The notes under the pieces were generated by a model that was given only the letters and a program-made list of their open reading frames with translations, was not told the DNA's origin and searched no databases. A stretch of 64,000 nucleotides of DNA from Rubripirellula sp. (GTDB taxonomy: Bacteria > Planctomycetota > Planctomycetia > Pirellulales > Pirellulaceae). The position numbers and the translations under genes are program-made. Shown here piece by piece: positions 1 through 9,426 of this stretch (its first letter is position 1; every line of letters begins with the position of its first letter). The stretch covers positions 3,072,001 to 3,136,000 of the forward strand of contig OZ244207.1 in NCBI GenBank assembly GCA_965216875.1, read 5' to 3'.

Positions 1-1468
1 TGTGCGACTCGAGATCGATACCAAATCGAGAAGCAGCGACGCTTGCTTCCTTTGGCGAGGGCCGCCCCGACTTGGGGAAGTACCCAGAGCTTGTCACGCG
101 AACGCTGGGCCGAAGTTTGCTTTTGGCGTAATGATGCGCAAACGGGCTACGGCAGATGTTTCCCTTGCAAACGAACATGACAGAATTGCAGCCCGCCAAT
201 CGATCGAGAAGCTTCGCACGATTCCGCGAGCGCGCCCACTTCGTCGACATCATTCGCAACCGCGTCTTTCGCCCAGCGCCAGCCATGACCTCTTTGACTA
301 ACCGTTGGCACTCAGCGAAGAAAGGCTTGGGGTCGTCGAGTGAAAACGTATCGACACACTCTTTGCCGACCACTGCACGACCCAACGCCCCAGTCATTCC
401 ACTAACAAACCGTGTCACTTTCGTTGCGACGGACACATTCTTTGATCGCAAGAAATCAGAGCACCAGTTTTTGTCGGAGGTTAGATTACGGCAATGAACG
501 TTTTCGCGGAACGTGCTCACCTCTGGAACGGTTCCGTTACATAGCATTTTGTAGAGATCGGCTGGAAAGTCGGCACCGCTCGCGACAGCCAACGGCAAAG
601 AACCCCAGAAACGACCATTGATCTCGACAAATCGCCACTGGTCCGTTGGCCGGTCCCATAGAAACTCGACCATGCCCACACCGGTGTAGTTCAACTTTCG
701 CACCATGCGTGCGGTCGCGTCCAGCATGTCTGGATGCAAATCAATACTCTTGCGGTACGAACTGCCGCCTCCGCCAGGAGGCTCGTGCAGCCGCAGATGT
801 TGGAACGTTGTCAACAGCTCTCCGTCTTTGGAGAGAAACTCAACCCCCGTGCCAACACCCGAAAAAAACTCCTGGGCGAGTACTCGCTCAGAGCGTTCGA
901 GCATTTTTGACAAAGTCGCCTCGAGCTGTGAACGCGTATTCGCAATTACAACTTCTTGCTTCCGATCAAGCTTGTTTGACAGAAACGACGAATCGGGCTT
1001 GAGCACCACGGGCAGCCCGAGGGCCTGCACAGCGACTTCGGCCTGTCTCGCATCGTGCAGATGGAGGCCGCTAGGAACTGGGACATCGACCGACTTTGCC
1101 AATGCCGCAGAGTTGACTTTACTGTTGACAATCTCGAAGGTGTCATCGTCCAAGACGTAGTACGAATCAAAATCAACGATTCGATCTCGGTGTTCGCGAA
1201 TCGCAATCGCCGCTTGATCATTGCAAGGGAGGATTAGCTCGAAACGAAAATCACGTTGCAACTGATTGAGCGAGTCAATCCAATTTCCGTCACCTCCCCA
1301 TGGCGTCGCAATTTCGTGCGTGGAAGCAAGATGACGTGAGCGGCGCGCAATCGAATCAATCGCAGTCCAAGCCGAATGCACTTCAACGCCACAGCGCGCG
1401 ACGGATCGAACGACAGCGAGAAAGCTGCGTGTGTCGGAGCCCAGAACGAGGATGCGAGATTGACTCAA
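1..1468 (-). CDS. ATP-grasp (carboxylate-amine ligase) domain fused to a C-terminal low-molecular-weight protein-tyrosine phosphatase (Wzb-like); runs off the left edge
   Basis: Not in the ORF track. Manual translation from TTG at 1468 gives MSQSRILVLGSDTRSFLAVVRS...LILPCND...LGLPVVLKPDSS...VLAQEFFSGVGTGVEFL...GGGSSYRKS...YTGVGMVEF...FVEINGRFWGSLPLAVASGADFP (ATP-grasp), then in frame VMFVCKGNICRSPFA (LMW-PTP P-loop, nt ~137-181) and ...FGIDLESH at the edge. No stop codon seen. Confidence 0.85.
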   Translation of the reverse strand, partial: MSQSRILVLGSDTRSFLAVVRSVARCGVEVHSAWTAIDSIARRSRHLASTHEIATPWGGDGNWIDSLNQLQRDFRFELILPCNDQAAIAIREHRDRIVDFDSYYVLDDDTFEIVNSKVNSAALAKSVDVPVPSGLHLHDARQAEVAVQALGLPVVLKPDSSFLSNKLDRKQEVVIANTRSQLEATLSKMLERSERVLAQEFFSGVGTGVEFLSKDGELLTTFQHLRLHEPPGGGGSSYRKSIDLHPDMLDATARMVRKLNYTGVGMVEFLWDRPTDQWRFVEINGRFWGSLPLAVASGADFPADLYKMLCNGTVPEVSTFRENVHCRNLTSDKNWCSDFLRSKNVSVATKVTRFVSGMTGALGRAVVGKECVDTFSLDDPKPFFAECQRLVKEVMAGAGRKTRLRMMSTKWARSRNRAKLLDRLAGCNSVMFVCKGNICRSPFAHHYAKSKLRPSVRVTSSGYFPKSGRPSPKEASVAASRFGIDLESH

Positions 1469-1489
1469 TGTGCTGACTTTTGGTGCTAC

Positions 1490-2404
1490 CTAGGCGACTA
1501 GGCGGTCCAACCTGCTTCGGATATTCCTGCGGACCCACCGGTCATGCATCGATTGTTTCCAATCACGTGCAGGCCTTCGCACATAGGTGTGAATCCGACA
1601 GACGAGGTGTTTGACCATGAGCGCGCGATAAAAGTCGGACTCGAAAGCACTTTCCATTCCAAGCCCGCTCAAGATCGCCCGTCGATACTGCCGAACCGGA
1701 GCTCGCAGCCACGGCCGATAAATCTTGGCCATCTCTAATCGATGAATCAGATAGGTTGCATCATCAAGTGGCGTCCCGGTCCGAGCCATGGCGAAGTCGA
1801 TCGGAGTCAGCACTCCGCTTCCCCACAAAAGGTTGCCCGGCGCATAGTCGCTATGTGCCCAAACTCGCGGCAGACTTCGAAAGTCCGGTTCGATGCGTGA
1901 GAGAAACCGTAGAATCTGGTCTCGAGCATGAGCCTTAGGCCATGGGTATCCAAAATCGGAACGAAGCGACTCGATTCGCAAGGCACAGTAGTCGACCAGA
2001 GATTCTGGATCCTTGTCGGTTGCGGGTTGGCGCTCATGCAATACCGGAAGACGATGCAGTTTTTGCAACCAACGGCCCGCGAGGAACCATGGAAAGAGTT
2101 CAAGCGACTGTCTTGATGCACTATGAATCTGCTGCTCGAGGGTTTGACCAGCAACCTCGTAGGTCTCGATCATCGGAACGGACGGATCGCTGGAAGCAAC
2201 GCGGACCACACCCAACCTTCGTCCGAACATTCCGCTAGCGGCAATTTCCTTGATTAGGTGCAACTCGGTTGCCGCCCGCCTTCGAATGACCTCATCATCG
2301 CCCCCCCAATCATCGGTCACATAGTGCTTTCGGTAGACCGCGCCATGATCGGTTGGCACACGCTGGATTTGACTGCTTGGTCGCGAAATCAAAGCATCAC
2401 TCAT
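1490..2404 (-). CDS. Aminoglycoside-phosphotransferase/kinase-like family protein
   Basis: Brenner-type motif WAHSDYAPGNLL followed by IDF; 4-bp overlap with the upstream gene. Confidence 0.7.
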   Translation of the reverse strand: MSDALISRPSSQIQRVPTDHGAVYRKHYVTDDWGGDDEVIRRRAATELHLIKEIAASGMFGRRLGVVRVASSDPSVPMIETYEVAGQTLEQQIHSASRQSLELFPWFLAGRWLQKLHRLPVLHERQPATDKDPESLVDYCALRIESLRSDFGYPWPKAHARDQILRFLSRIEPDFRSLPRVWAHSDYAPGNLLWGSGVLTPIDFAMARTGTPLDDATYLIHRLEMAKIYRPWLRAPVRQYRRAILSGLGMESAFESDFYRALMVKHLVCRIHTYVRRPARDWKQSMHDRWVRRNIRSRLDRLVA

Positions 2405-3699
2405 TGCGCAGTCACTCCGTCGATTGTCGGTGCTTGCGCCTCAGCCAACGTTGCGATGGCGATGATCATTGCAACCATCCAGTAGCCCCACTCGGCACTG
2501 ACCATGTCTCCAAAAAGACAGGTAAGCAGATACCCGACGAAGCCGCTCATGACAGCGCACATCGCCAGCAGCAAGAACTCGTTAAAGTTTGGATCGCCTC
2601 TTGAGTTTCGGATTACTTGCCAAGAAATCCGAACAGCCACAAAGAACCAGAAGAGACGCAGCAACAAACCTTGAATCCCCCATTCACAGGCCTCATTTAG
2701 ATAACCGTTGTGTACCGCCCGCGCTACGTCAGAGACACCATTCTTTCTCAGATATTTGACGCCATGTACCTTTTTGAAACCATGCCCTCCAGCGCCCAAC
2801 GGATGATCACTGATCATCTCAAGAGCACAACCCCAGAAATCGAGCCTTGATTGCGCCGAACTATCCCTTTCCTCACCGCTTGAGAAAGTTGTCATGAATC
2901 GATCGATGATCCGTTGATCACCCAACATCAAAAAGACTGCAAAGGCCCCAACACCTAACGTGATCCATGCCTTGCGCCGAACTTTGGTTGGGGCAACGCA
3001 GGCAAAAACGACCCCTGTGAGAATCGCCGCCAAAAAGGCCCCACGACTGTTACAGAGTAGGACCACATTGATGATCATTGGCGCCGAGAGAACAACCAGG
3101 AATCGCATCCAGTTCTTGCCAACCAAAAAGAAAGGGGCCACAAGCGGTAAGACTGTCACCATCAGCGACGCAAAGTGGTTGGCGGTCGTCGCCCCTGGTG
3201 CCCCCACACCTTCAAGACGGTTGTTGACGATCGCACCTCGGTCATTGAATGTCACTTCATAGCCAATGTAGGCCGCACCAAGGATCATCGACAGCATCAC
3301 AATCTGAAGGTCTGAAACATCCTTGATGGTACGATTCATCAAGTAGACCAATAGCAAGAACTTCATCATGAGAGTAAACGGATCCGCGCTGACCTCCGTC
3401 CCGCCCCCAAATGCGAAGTGAACGACGGCAGCATTCAAAACCATGAGCCCGCCGGCGATCACAAGCGGCCGAATCCGGCCTGATGTCGTGGGGGCAGGGC
3501 ACAGGAATGATGCCCCCAACAACAGAAAGCCAACGTAGAAATTCCAACGGTAGCCCGCGATCGGATCGCCCCACCACCAAAATGGTGGCGAGAGGAAAAA
3601 CGTAAGGAGATAGGCGACCACCGCGAGTACGGGTCGCTGAACAGAACCAATCGCCAGGCCAGCTAGCAGGACCATCCAGATCAGGAGTGTCAAACTCAT
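2401..3699 (-). CDS. O-antigen ligase/Wzy-like polymerase (exosortase-system-associated type)
   Basis: About 12 hydrophobic segments; motifs NSRGAFL, SAQSRLDFW, HPLGAG, AVHNGYL. Confidence 0.85.
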   Translation of the reverse strand: MSLTLLIWMVLLAGLAIGSVQRPVLAVVAYLLTFFLSPPFWWWGDPIAGYRWNFYVGFLLLGASFLCPAPTTSGRIRPLVIAGGLMVLNAAVVHFAFGGGTEVSADPFTLMMKFLLLVYLMNRTIKDVSDLQIVMLSMILGAAYIGYEVTFNDRGAIVNNRLEGVGAPGATTANHFASLMVTVLPLVAPFFLVGKNWMRFLVVLSAPMIINVVLLCNSRGAFLAAILTGVVFACVAPTKVRRKAWITLGVGAFAVFLMLGDQRIIDRFMTTFSSGEERDSSAQSRLDFWGCALEMISDHPLGAGGHGFKKVHGVKYLRKNGVSDVARAVHNGYLNEACEWGIQGLLLRLFWFFVAVRISWQVIRNSRGDPNFNEFLLLAMCAVMSGFVGYLLTCLFGDMVSAEWGYWMVAMIIAIATLAEAQAPTIDGVTAQ

Positions 3700-4877
3700 G
3701 CATCGACCTCTTGTAGATCGATACTCTGAACACGATCGTGCGTGCCTACCGCATTCAGTCCTTCCTTGTAATAGGCATCGAGCGTTTCGATGAAAACGTC
3801 TTCACTGTAGCTTCTATTGTGGTTCCGTTTGGCAGCTACCCCTAACTGCTCGCGTATCGACGTGTCTTCACTCAAGTTCACCATCGCATTTCGGATTGCG
3901 TCGACGGATTCAGGTTCGACCACGACACCGCACTCATCGTCGGCGCCGACAACGAGCGTTCGACTGTCGCCAACATCGGTTGCGATGATCGGCAAACCAC
4001 ACGCCATGGCCTCGACCACGGATTGGCTCATCCCCTCACTGCGGCTCGAATTGAAATAAACGTCCATTGCCGCGAGGTAGGGCCAAGTATCGGATTGGTG
4101 CCCGACAAAATGCACGCGTTGCCGGCGTTCATCCGGCAAGAGCTTTTCGATCGTTTCCCGTTCACTTCCATCGCCAACGAGCAACAAGTGGCAACTGGGC
4201 CCTGAGTCACTCAGCTCAACGAACGCCCGAACTGCAATGTCAAACCCTTTGACGTGTGCCAGTCGCCCCACGCTACCAAAAACCACTTGATCGCTTTGGA
4301 TTCCAAGTTCGCGACGCACCTGCTTGCGACCAAGTTCCAACGCTTGCTTGTCGGGCGCTGAAACACCGTTTGGGATAATCTTGATTCTCTCTCGCTTGTA
4401 ACCGCTCCGCTGCTCGACGCGTGCGGCAACCGAGTGTGCGTTACTCATCACACCATTTACTCGCTTCAACATCGCAGCCATGACCTTAGCGCGTGCATGA
4501 TGGCGAAGCCCTCCCGCTTCAACACGGCCCAAAACCGTCCCCCGTTCGGCATGAATGTGCACAGGTACTTTTGCGAATTTGCGAGCGACGGACGTTTCGA
4601 CCAAAGTCCCCCAGTTGTGCGATTGCACGATATCGAAGCCGCCTTTGCGGAGAGCGGTCCACAAGCGGCGAAAAATGCCGAGGTCGTTCCCCGGGCGTTT
4701 CTTGAGCTCGATAATCTCCACTGGACGCCCGAGCCACTGGGCCGCGTCTCCAGAACGGTCCAAACAAATGATGACAGGACTGTATCGGTCGCTCGGAAGA
4801 CCATTGACAATACGCGTCACCGACCGCTCAATCCCGCCAGGTCTCAGACTATGAACAACAAAGGCGATGCGGATCAT
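3696..4877 (-). CDS. Glycosyltransferase family 4
   Basis: GGIER, IIPNGV, SVGRL..VKG, SRSEGMSQSVVEAMACGLPIIATDVG. Confidence 0.9.
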   Translation of the reverse strand: MIRIAFVVHSLRPGGIERSVTRIVNGLPSDRYSPVIICLDRSGDAAQWLGRPVEIIELKKRPGNDLGIFRRLWTALRKGGFDIVQSHNWGTLVETSVARKFAKVPVHIHAERGTVLGRVEAGGLRHHARAKVMAAMLKRVNGVMSNAHSVAARVEQRSGYKRERIKIIPNGVSAPDKQALELGRKQVRRELGIQSDQVVFGSVGRLAHVKGFDIAVRAFVELSDSGPSCHLLLVGDGSERETIEKLLPDERRQRVHFVGHQSDTWPYLAAMDVYFNSSRSEGMSQSVVEAMACGLPIIATDVGDSRTLVVGADDECGVVVEPESVDAIRNAMVNLSEDTSIREQLGVAAKRNHNRSYSEDVFIETLDAYYKEGLNAVGTHDRVQSIDLQEVDA

Positions 4878-6265
4878 GCGCGCTGTGCCTCCATTGCTCG
4901 GCGAAACGCAGCGTCAAATAGCTGCATCTGTGCCCGCCCATCGTAGCGTTCGAGGTGAACACCCTCTGGTATGGAAAGACCGCCGTTTCGATGTGCGTCC
5001 ACCAATTCCAAAACAACCCGCTTTAATTCGTCGTTGCCTTGCGGTGAAACACAGGGGCCCACCCCCTCTTTGAGAACAATGTCCGCGGTCGCTCCGTCGC
5101 CGGCCAGCGTGAATACCGGTCGGCCGACGGCAAGGTATTCGTAAAGTTTGCCAGGAACACATAGCGGCGCGTCGGTCTGAACCAAAAGTAAGACGTCAGC
5201 GCCGTAGAGTTCCGTCAAGCACTCACTGTGTGGAATCGAAGGACGAACGTTGACCATCTTGGTGATACCAAGGTCAGCCGCAAGCCTCTTCTCGTGATCA
5301 CGGCCAGCTGCGCCGATCAAAACCAACTCAATGTCGTCTGCGCCAATGGCTTCGGTCTTACGGAGCTCCCCAAGTGCAACAAGCAACGCATCGATGTTGC
5401 GTTTTCCGTAGAACGCACCAGTATGGACAATTCGAAGCGGTCTTCGATTCGTCTCGCCTTGCCCATCGACCGATGCTGGGGGTGCCGATGAAAAATCGGC
5501 AGGGTCGAAACCATTAGGGATCACACAGAACTTCTCACTAGTCAGGTCTGGATACCTACTTTGAGCCTCGTCGCAAGCACGGGCGGTATTGAAGATCACG
5601 CCGTCCGCAAAACGGATCACCTTGGATTCAAGCTCACGATGCTTGCGACCAACCCAAGTATCACCGCGGCGTTGCGGCCGAAAATTGTTTCCAACCCAGG
5701 GATCTCGGAAGTCGGCTACCCAAGCGACATCGTGCGTTTGCTTTAAACGTCGCGCGATCAAGTGATTCGTCCAAGGCGGCCCTGAACTGTAGAGCAAATC
5801 ACAACGCGAAGCGGCCAACGCCCGTTTCCCCTTACGAACGGCGAACGGCATCCAGCCGATCCAGCGGTCTGGAGTCATCAGTGGCACAGTCACCGCATCC
5901 TTGGCCCGCTGCACCATTCCGGACGACGGTTTCTCTTTTGTCGAAGTCACCGAAGCCGATTTGGGTGTTGCCCCGCGTTCCTTTGAAGAAATGGGCTTCG
6001 AGTTGCGAGTCAGCAATTTCTTGCCAGCCTGTAACCACTGGTTGGGATGGGCCGCGCGCGTTCGGTGCACTTTGATGTCTTGCGAAATCTGCGAGAGCGA
6101 TTCCTGAGATATCCTTGATCCCTCCAGATACGAGGTGGGGTCAACCGTCAAGACTTCCAGATCCCATCCAAGTTCAGGCAGGTATTTTGCGATCCGAATC
6201 GACCGGAATGTGCCCGCAGATTGAAACGGGGGAAAGTGCGTCGCGACGAGAAAACAGCGTGACAT
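4874..6265 (-). CDS. Glycosyltransferase family 4
   Basis: HFPP...G.FR, SSGPP, WVADFRDPW, VIPNGFD, VPGKLYEYLA. Confidence 0.9.
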   Translation of the reverse strand: MSRCFLVATHFPPFQSAGTFRSIRIAKYLPELGWDLEVLTVDPTSYLEGSRISQESLSQISQDIKVHRTRAAHPNQWLQAGKKLLTRNSKPISSKERGATPKSASVTSTKEKPSSGMVQRAKDAVTVPLMTPDRWIGWMPFAVRKGKRALAASRCDLLYSSGPPWTNHLIARRLKQTHDVAWVADFRDPWVGNNFRPQRRGDTWVGRKHRELESKVIRFADGVIFNTARACDEAQSRYPDLTSEKFCVIPNGFDPADFSSAPPASVDGQGETNRRPLRIVHTGAFYGKRNIDALLVALGELRKTEAIGADDIELVLIGAAGRDHEKRLAADLGITKMVNVRPSIPHSECLTELYGADVLLLVQTDAPLCVPGKLYEYLAVGRPVFTLAGDGATADIVLKEGVGPCVSPQGNDELKRVVLELVDAHRNGGLSIPEGVHLERYDGRAQMQLFDAAFRRAMEAQRA

Positions 6266-6270
6266 GATCG

Positions 6271-7446
6271 TTATCCCTCCAGCAACTCTCTGAAGATATC
6301 GATCGTTTGCGACTCGCAGGCAACCTGTTCATAGCATTCAACAACCCGCTTGCGTGCTGATCGCCCCATTTGCCGGCGACGTTCCGCATCCTCGACCAAC
6401 GATCGCAAAGCTGCAGCAAAAGAATCGGCATCGCCCGGCGGAACAACCATTCCCTCGCGACCATCGCGCACCATGTAGGGCAGATCCCCAACATCCGTTA
6501 CGACCGACGGCAACGCAACGGCCATCGCCTCAAGCTCAGAATAAGGGAAAGCTTCGTAATCAGAAGGCATCGCGAAAATGTCAATGCTGTTGAGAAAGTC
6601 GACCACATTGTCTTGGTGACCAAGAAGGTCGACGCGTTGAGTCAATCCAAGTTTTTTGACCTTTGCCTCGATCGCTGCGCGTTCAGGTCCTTCGCCGGCG
6701 ATTTTCACCTGAACGGGAAGATCTGCGATCTTTGCCAAGGCTTCCACCAAGAGATCGAAGCGTTTTTGCGGCACGAGTCCACCACACCCACCGACAACAA
6801 TTGATGGGTCGTTGGCATCTCCATCGCGTCGTTCGGTGTCCACCTCAAATCGAGTCACATCAACGCCATTAGGAACAAAAACAACTTGCTCCTCCCGAAG
6901 CTTCAGCGCATTGACATTGATCCTCGCGAAGCGTTCGCTGACGCTAATGATCTTATTGAAACGCCTTGCGAAGCTTTTCCGCTCACGAAACCTCTCGTAG
7001 GCGGTCGTGACGGGGAGGTATTGAGCAACCTGTTCTGAGAGAGTTGGCGAGTGTCCCACAAGCGGGAGGTGCATTGTAAAAACGCTTCGGAAGTTTCGTT
7101 CATCCCAAGCGCGCATCTGCATTGCGGCGCGTCGAGGTTGCTTGGCTCCGGAGTTAAAATGCACAATGTGCGGTCGTGCCTCGGCAATGAGGCGATCGAT
7201 TTCTATGGCTGCATCAGTTTCGGACTCCTCGAGCGGGACCTGATCGACGCGCACTCCGCTTTGCTCTAGCCTTCCCAGAAACGGGCGTTCGAGCTCCTGC
7301 TGGTTCACCACAATCGTGATCTCACATTCGGCATCAAGTAGTCGCTGAACCAGCCGATCCAGGTACTTGTGCGCACCACCGTACTCGGCTTTTAGCCAAG
7401 CTACATGCAAGACACGTGTGCCCCTGGGCAGATGATTGTGAACCAA
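6271..7446 (-). CDS. Glycosyltransferase family 4
   Basis: YGGA, VPNGVD, PQKRFD, PSDYEAFPYSELEAMAVALPSVVTDVG. Confidence 0.9.
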   Translation of the reverse strand: MVHNHLPRGTRVLHVAWLKAEYGGAHKYLDRLVQRLLDAECEITIVVNQQELERPFLGRLEQSGVRVDQVPLEESETDAAIEIDRLIAEARPHIVHFNSGAKQPRRAAMQMRAWDERNFRSVFTMHLPLVGHSPTLSEQVAQYLPVTTAYERFRERKSFARRFNKIISVSERFARINVNALKLREEQVVFVPNGVDVTRFEVDTERRDGDANDPSIVVGGCGGLVPQKRFDLLVEALAKIADLPVQVKIAGEGPERAAIEAKVKKLGLTQRVDLLGHQDNVVDFLNSIDIFAMPSDYEAFPYSELEAMAVALPSVVTDVGDLPYMVRDGREGMVVPPGDADSFAAALRSLVEDAERRRQMGRSARKRVVECYEQVACESQTIDIFRELLEG

Positions 7447-7462
7447 TGAACGCCTCGAGCAA

Positions 7463-8992
7463 CTAAGGGGCTGGGGTCGATGCGTCTAAATGTGTGCGTC
7501 TGGGCTTCAACTTCCGAATGCCCAGTAGCGAAACGTAATCGTCCAACGCAGGCGGACGAATCACCAACATCAGAGTCGTGTAGGAAACGACACCAACGGC
7601 GACACCGACAATCAATGTCGCCCATGACGACACACCGATGTACCAGTTTTGCATTACCTGGCATGTGGCGATCACCCCAGCCGACATGAGCAGTGTCGCA
7701 AGACAAAATGGAGATAATGCATACAGCAATCGCCGAACAGTCAATCCTTTGACCAAGCTAAACGGAATCGCGAAGTGTGGAACGAACAGCAAGAGGTTGG
7801 CTGCCAAATAGCAAGCTGCGACCCCTACGACACCCCACATTGATCCGATCAAAAACGCCACGACATGGACGATCGCAACGATCACTCCCCATCGAAACAG
7901 TCGATCCGCCCGGGCCTTCGACAAAAAGACCGAACCGCAAAGAACGGTGAGTGACTGGATTGCGCCAACGGGCGCTAAGAGCGCCACGACGGGGATGGCC
8001 GGGTACCAACGCTCATCCAACAACGAACGAATGAACGGCCCCGCCATGATGGCAAGGCCTGCCATCGCAGGGAATGTCAGCATCGCCACGCCGCAAGACG
8101 TTCGAATAAAAGCTGCCCCCAAGCGGGCGTCGTCGTTCTTGAGTTCCGACAACTTGGGAAAAAGAACACGGGAAATCACGCGTGAGATTGAATCACGCGG
8201 CAGCAACATGAAGCGATATCCAAGCGAATAGTAACCCAACGCGACTGGGCCAAGCGTTGCCCCAATGATCAAGTTATCGGAGTGTTTCGCGAAGAAATTA
8301 AAGATGTTGTACCCCGTGATGTTCAAGCCAAATTTGAGGCACTCTTTGAGCCGAACTCGATCAAGCGTGAACGACGGCACAAACCGCTCGACCAAATTAA
8401 GCAAGACGAAATTTGATATTGATCCCGACAGCGACGAGAACACGAGGGACCAAACGCCGAGCCCCATCAACGCACACGTCACTCCCGTTACGCCCATGAC
8501 GACCACACCGCCAAGCTCGCGGATGGCGAGCTTCTTGAACTCGAGCCGCCGCTGCAGAAGCGACGAGGGCACCATGCAAAACGAATCGATCAGGATGCTA
8601 AGGGCTAGCACCATAACCAATGGTGCCACCCGATCATCCTGGTAAATGAAGTTCGCGATCGGCGAAACGCAAATCACCGCAAGGGTGATCACTCCACAAA
8701 ACCCGAGATTGACCCAGAAGAGCGTCGAAAGCAACGCATGGTCAACATCGTCGCGTTGAATGATTGCCGCATTAAAGCCGAGGCTCTTGAGTGTCTTTGC
8801 AAACGCCGTGACAACGGTCGCCATTCCCACCAGCCCGAAAAACTCGGGCGCAAGCAGGTAGGCAAGCAGCAAGGAAATGGCAAATTGCATTGCCTGCGCG
8901 CCGTAGCGTGAAGCGATACTCCAACGCACAGCCGAGTAGGCGTTGCCTGTTGCCTTCTTTTCAGCTTTCGGTTCAACTGCCATACAGCACAC
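7463..8992 (-). CDS. Wzx-type polysaccharide flippase (WzxC-like)
   Basis: LLAPEFFGLVGMA, GFNAAIIQR, DNLIIG..LG..ALGYYSL; 12-14 TM segments. The true start may be 8983. Confidence 0.88.
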   Translation of the reverse strand: MCCMAVEPKAEKKATGNAYSAVRWSIASRYGAQAMQFAISLLLAYLLAPEFFGLVGMATVVTAFAKTLKSLGFNAAIIQRDDVDHALLSTLFWVNLGFCGVITLAVICVSPIANFIYQDDRVAPLVMVLALSILIDSFCMVPSSLLQRRLEFKKLAIRELGGVVVMGVTGVTCALMGLGVWSLVFSSLSGSISNFVLLNLVERFVPSFTLDRVRLKECLKFGLNITGYNIFNFFAKHSDNLIIGATLGPVALGYYSLGYRFMLLPRDSISRVISRVLFPKLSELKNDDARLGAAFIRTSCGVAMLTFPAMAGLAIMAGPFIRSLLDERWYPAIPVVALLAPVGAIQSLTVLCGSVFLSKARADRLFRWGVIVAIVHVVAFLIGSMWGVVGVAACYLAANLLLFVPHFAIPFSLVKGLTVRRLLYALSPFCLATLLMSAGVIATCQVMQNWYIGVSSWATLIVGVAVGVVSYTTLMLVIRPPALDDYVSLLGIRKLKPRRTHLDASTPAP

Positions 8993-9426
8993 GTGTGTCG
9001 CGTAGCGATTCGACTGCGGTCACAGATTCACGCCAAAAACCAACCTGCGAATCAATTTGGGTGGTCACGTTGATCGACGGCTCAAAAGTATTTGAAATGC
9101 AGAACGGCAATGGTCACCTGTCGCCCTCGCGTCACTCAACAGGGGATCTTCGCCACGATAATAAGAGCGAAAAGAAGCTCCCACACGCGCACGTCCGAAG
9201 TCACCAAAACTGCAATCAACGCAATCCAGTATTCCGACTTGGTCGACTTGTGCCAATGAAAACGCCCAATGGGGGGATAGCCGGCGGTTGGCTTGCCCGC
9301 ATCGTGCCAACTTGGAAGTCGACGATACCGATCGGGTGCGTCGCAAAACCACTCCATCCGATCCCGCTGAATCAATCCCAATCGACGGACTGACCCCGCG
9401 ATCGAACAAACACGTGAAGCCTCCAG

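Noticed and set aside
2..1237. Short ORFs listed in the track (2..301, 156..497, 646..1002, 705..1160, 946..1221 and others)
   Set aside because: They are shadows of the long minus-strand ATP-grasp/LMW-PTP frame, which has clear motifs.
1490..2404. Aminoglycoside resistance gene
   Set aside because: Only generic kinase motifs are present, it is embedded in an EPS operon and there is no mobile-element context.
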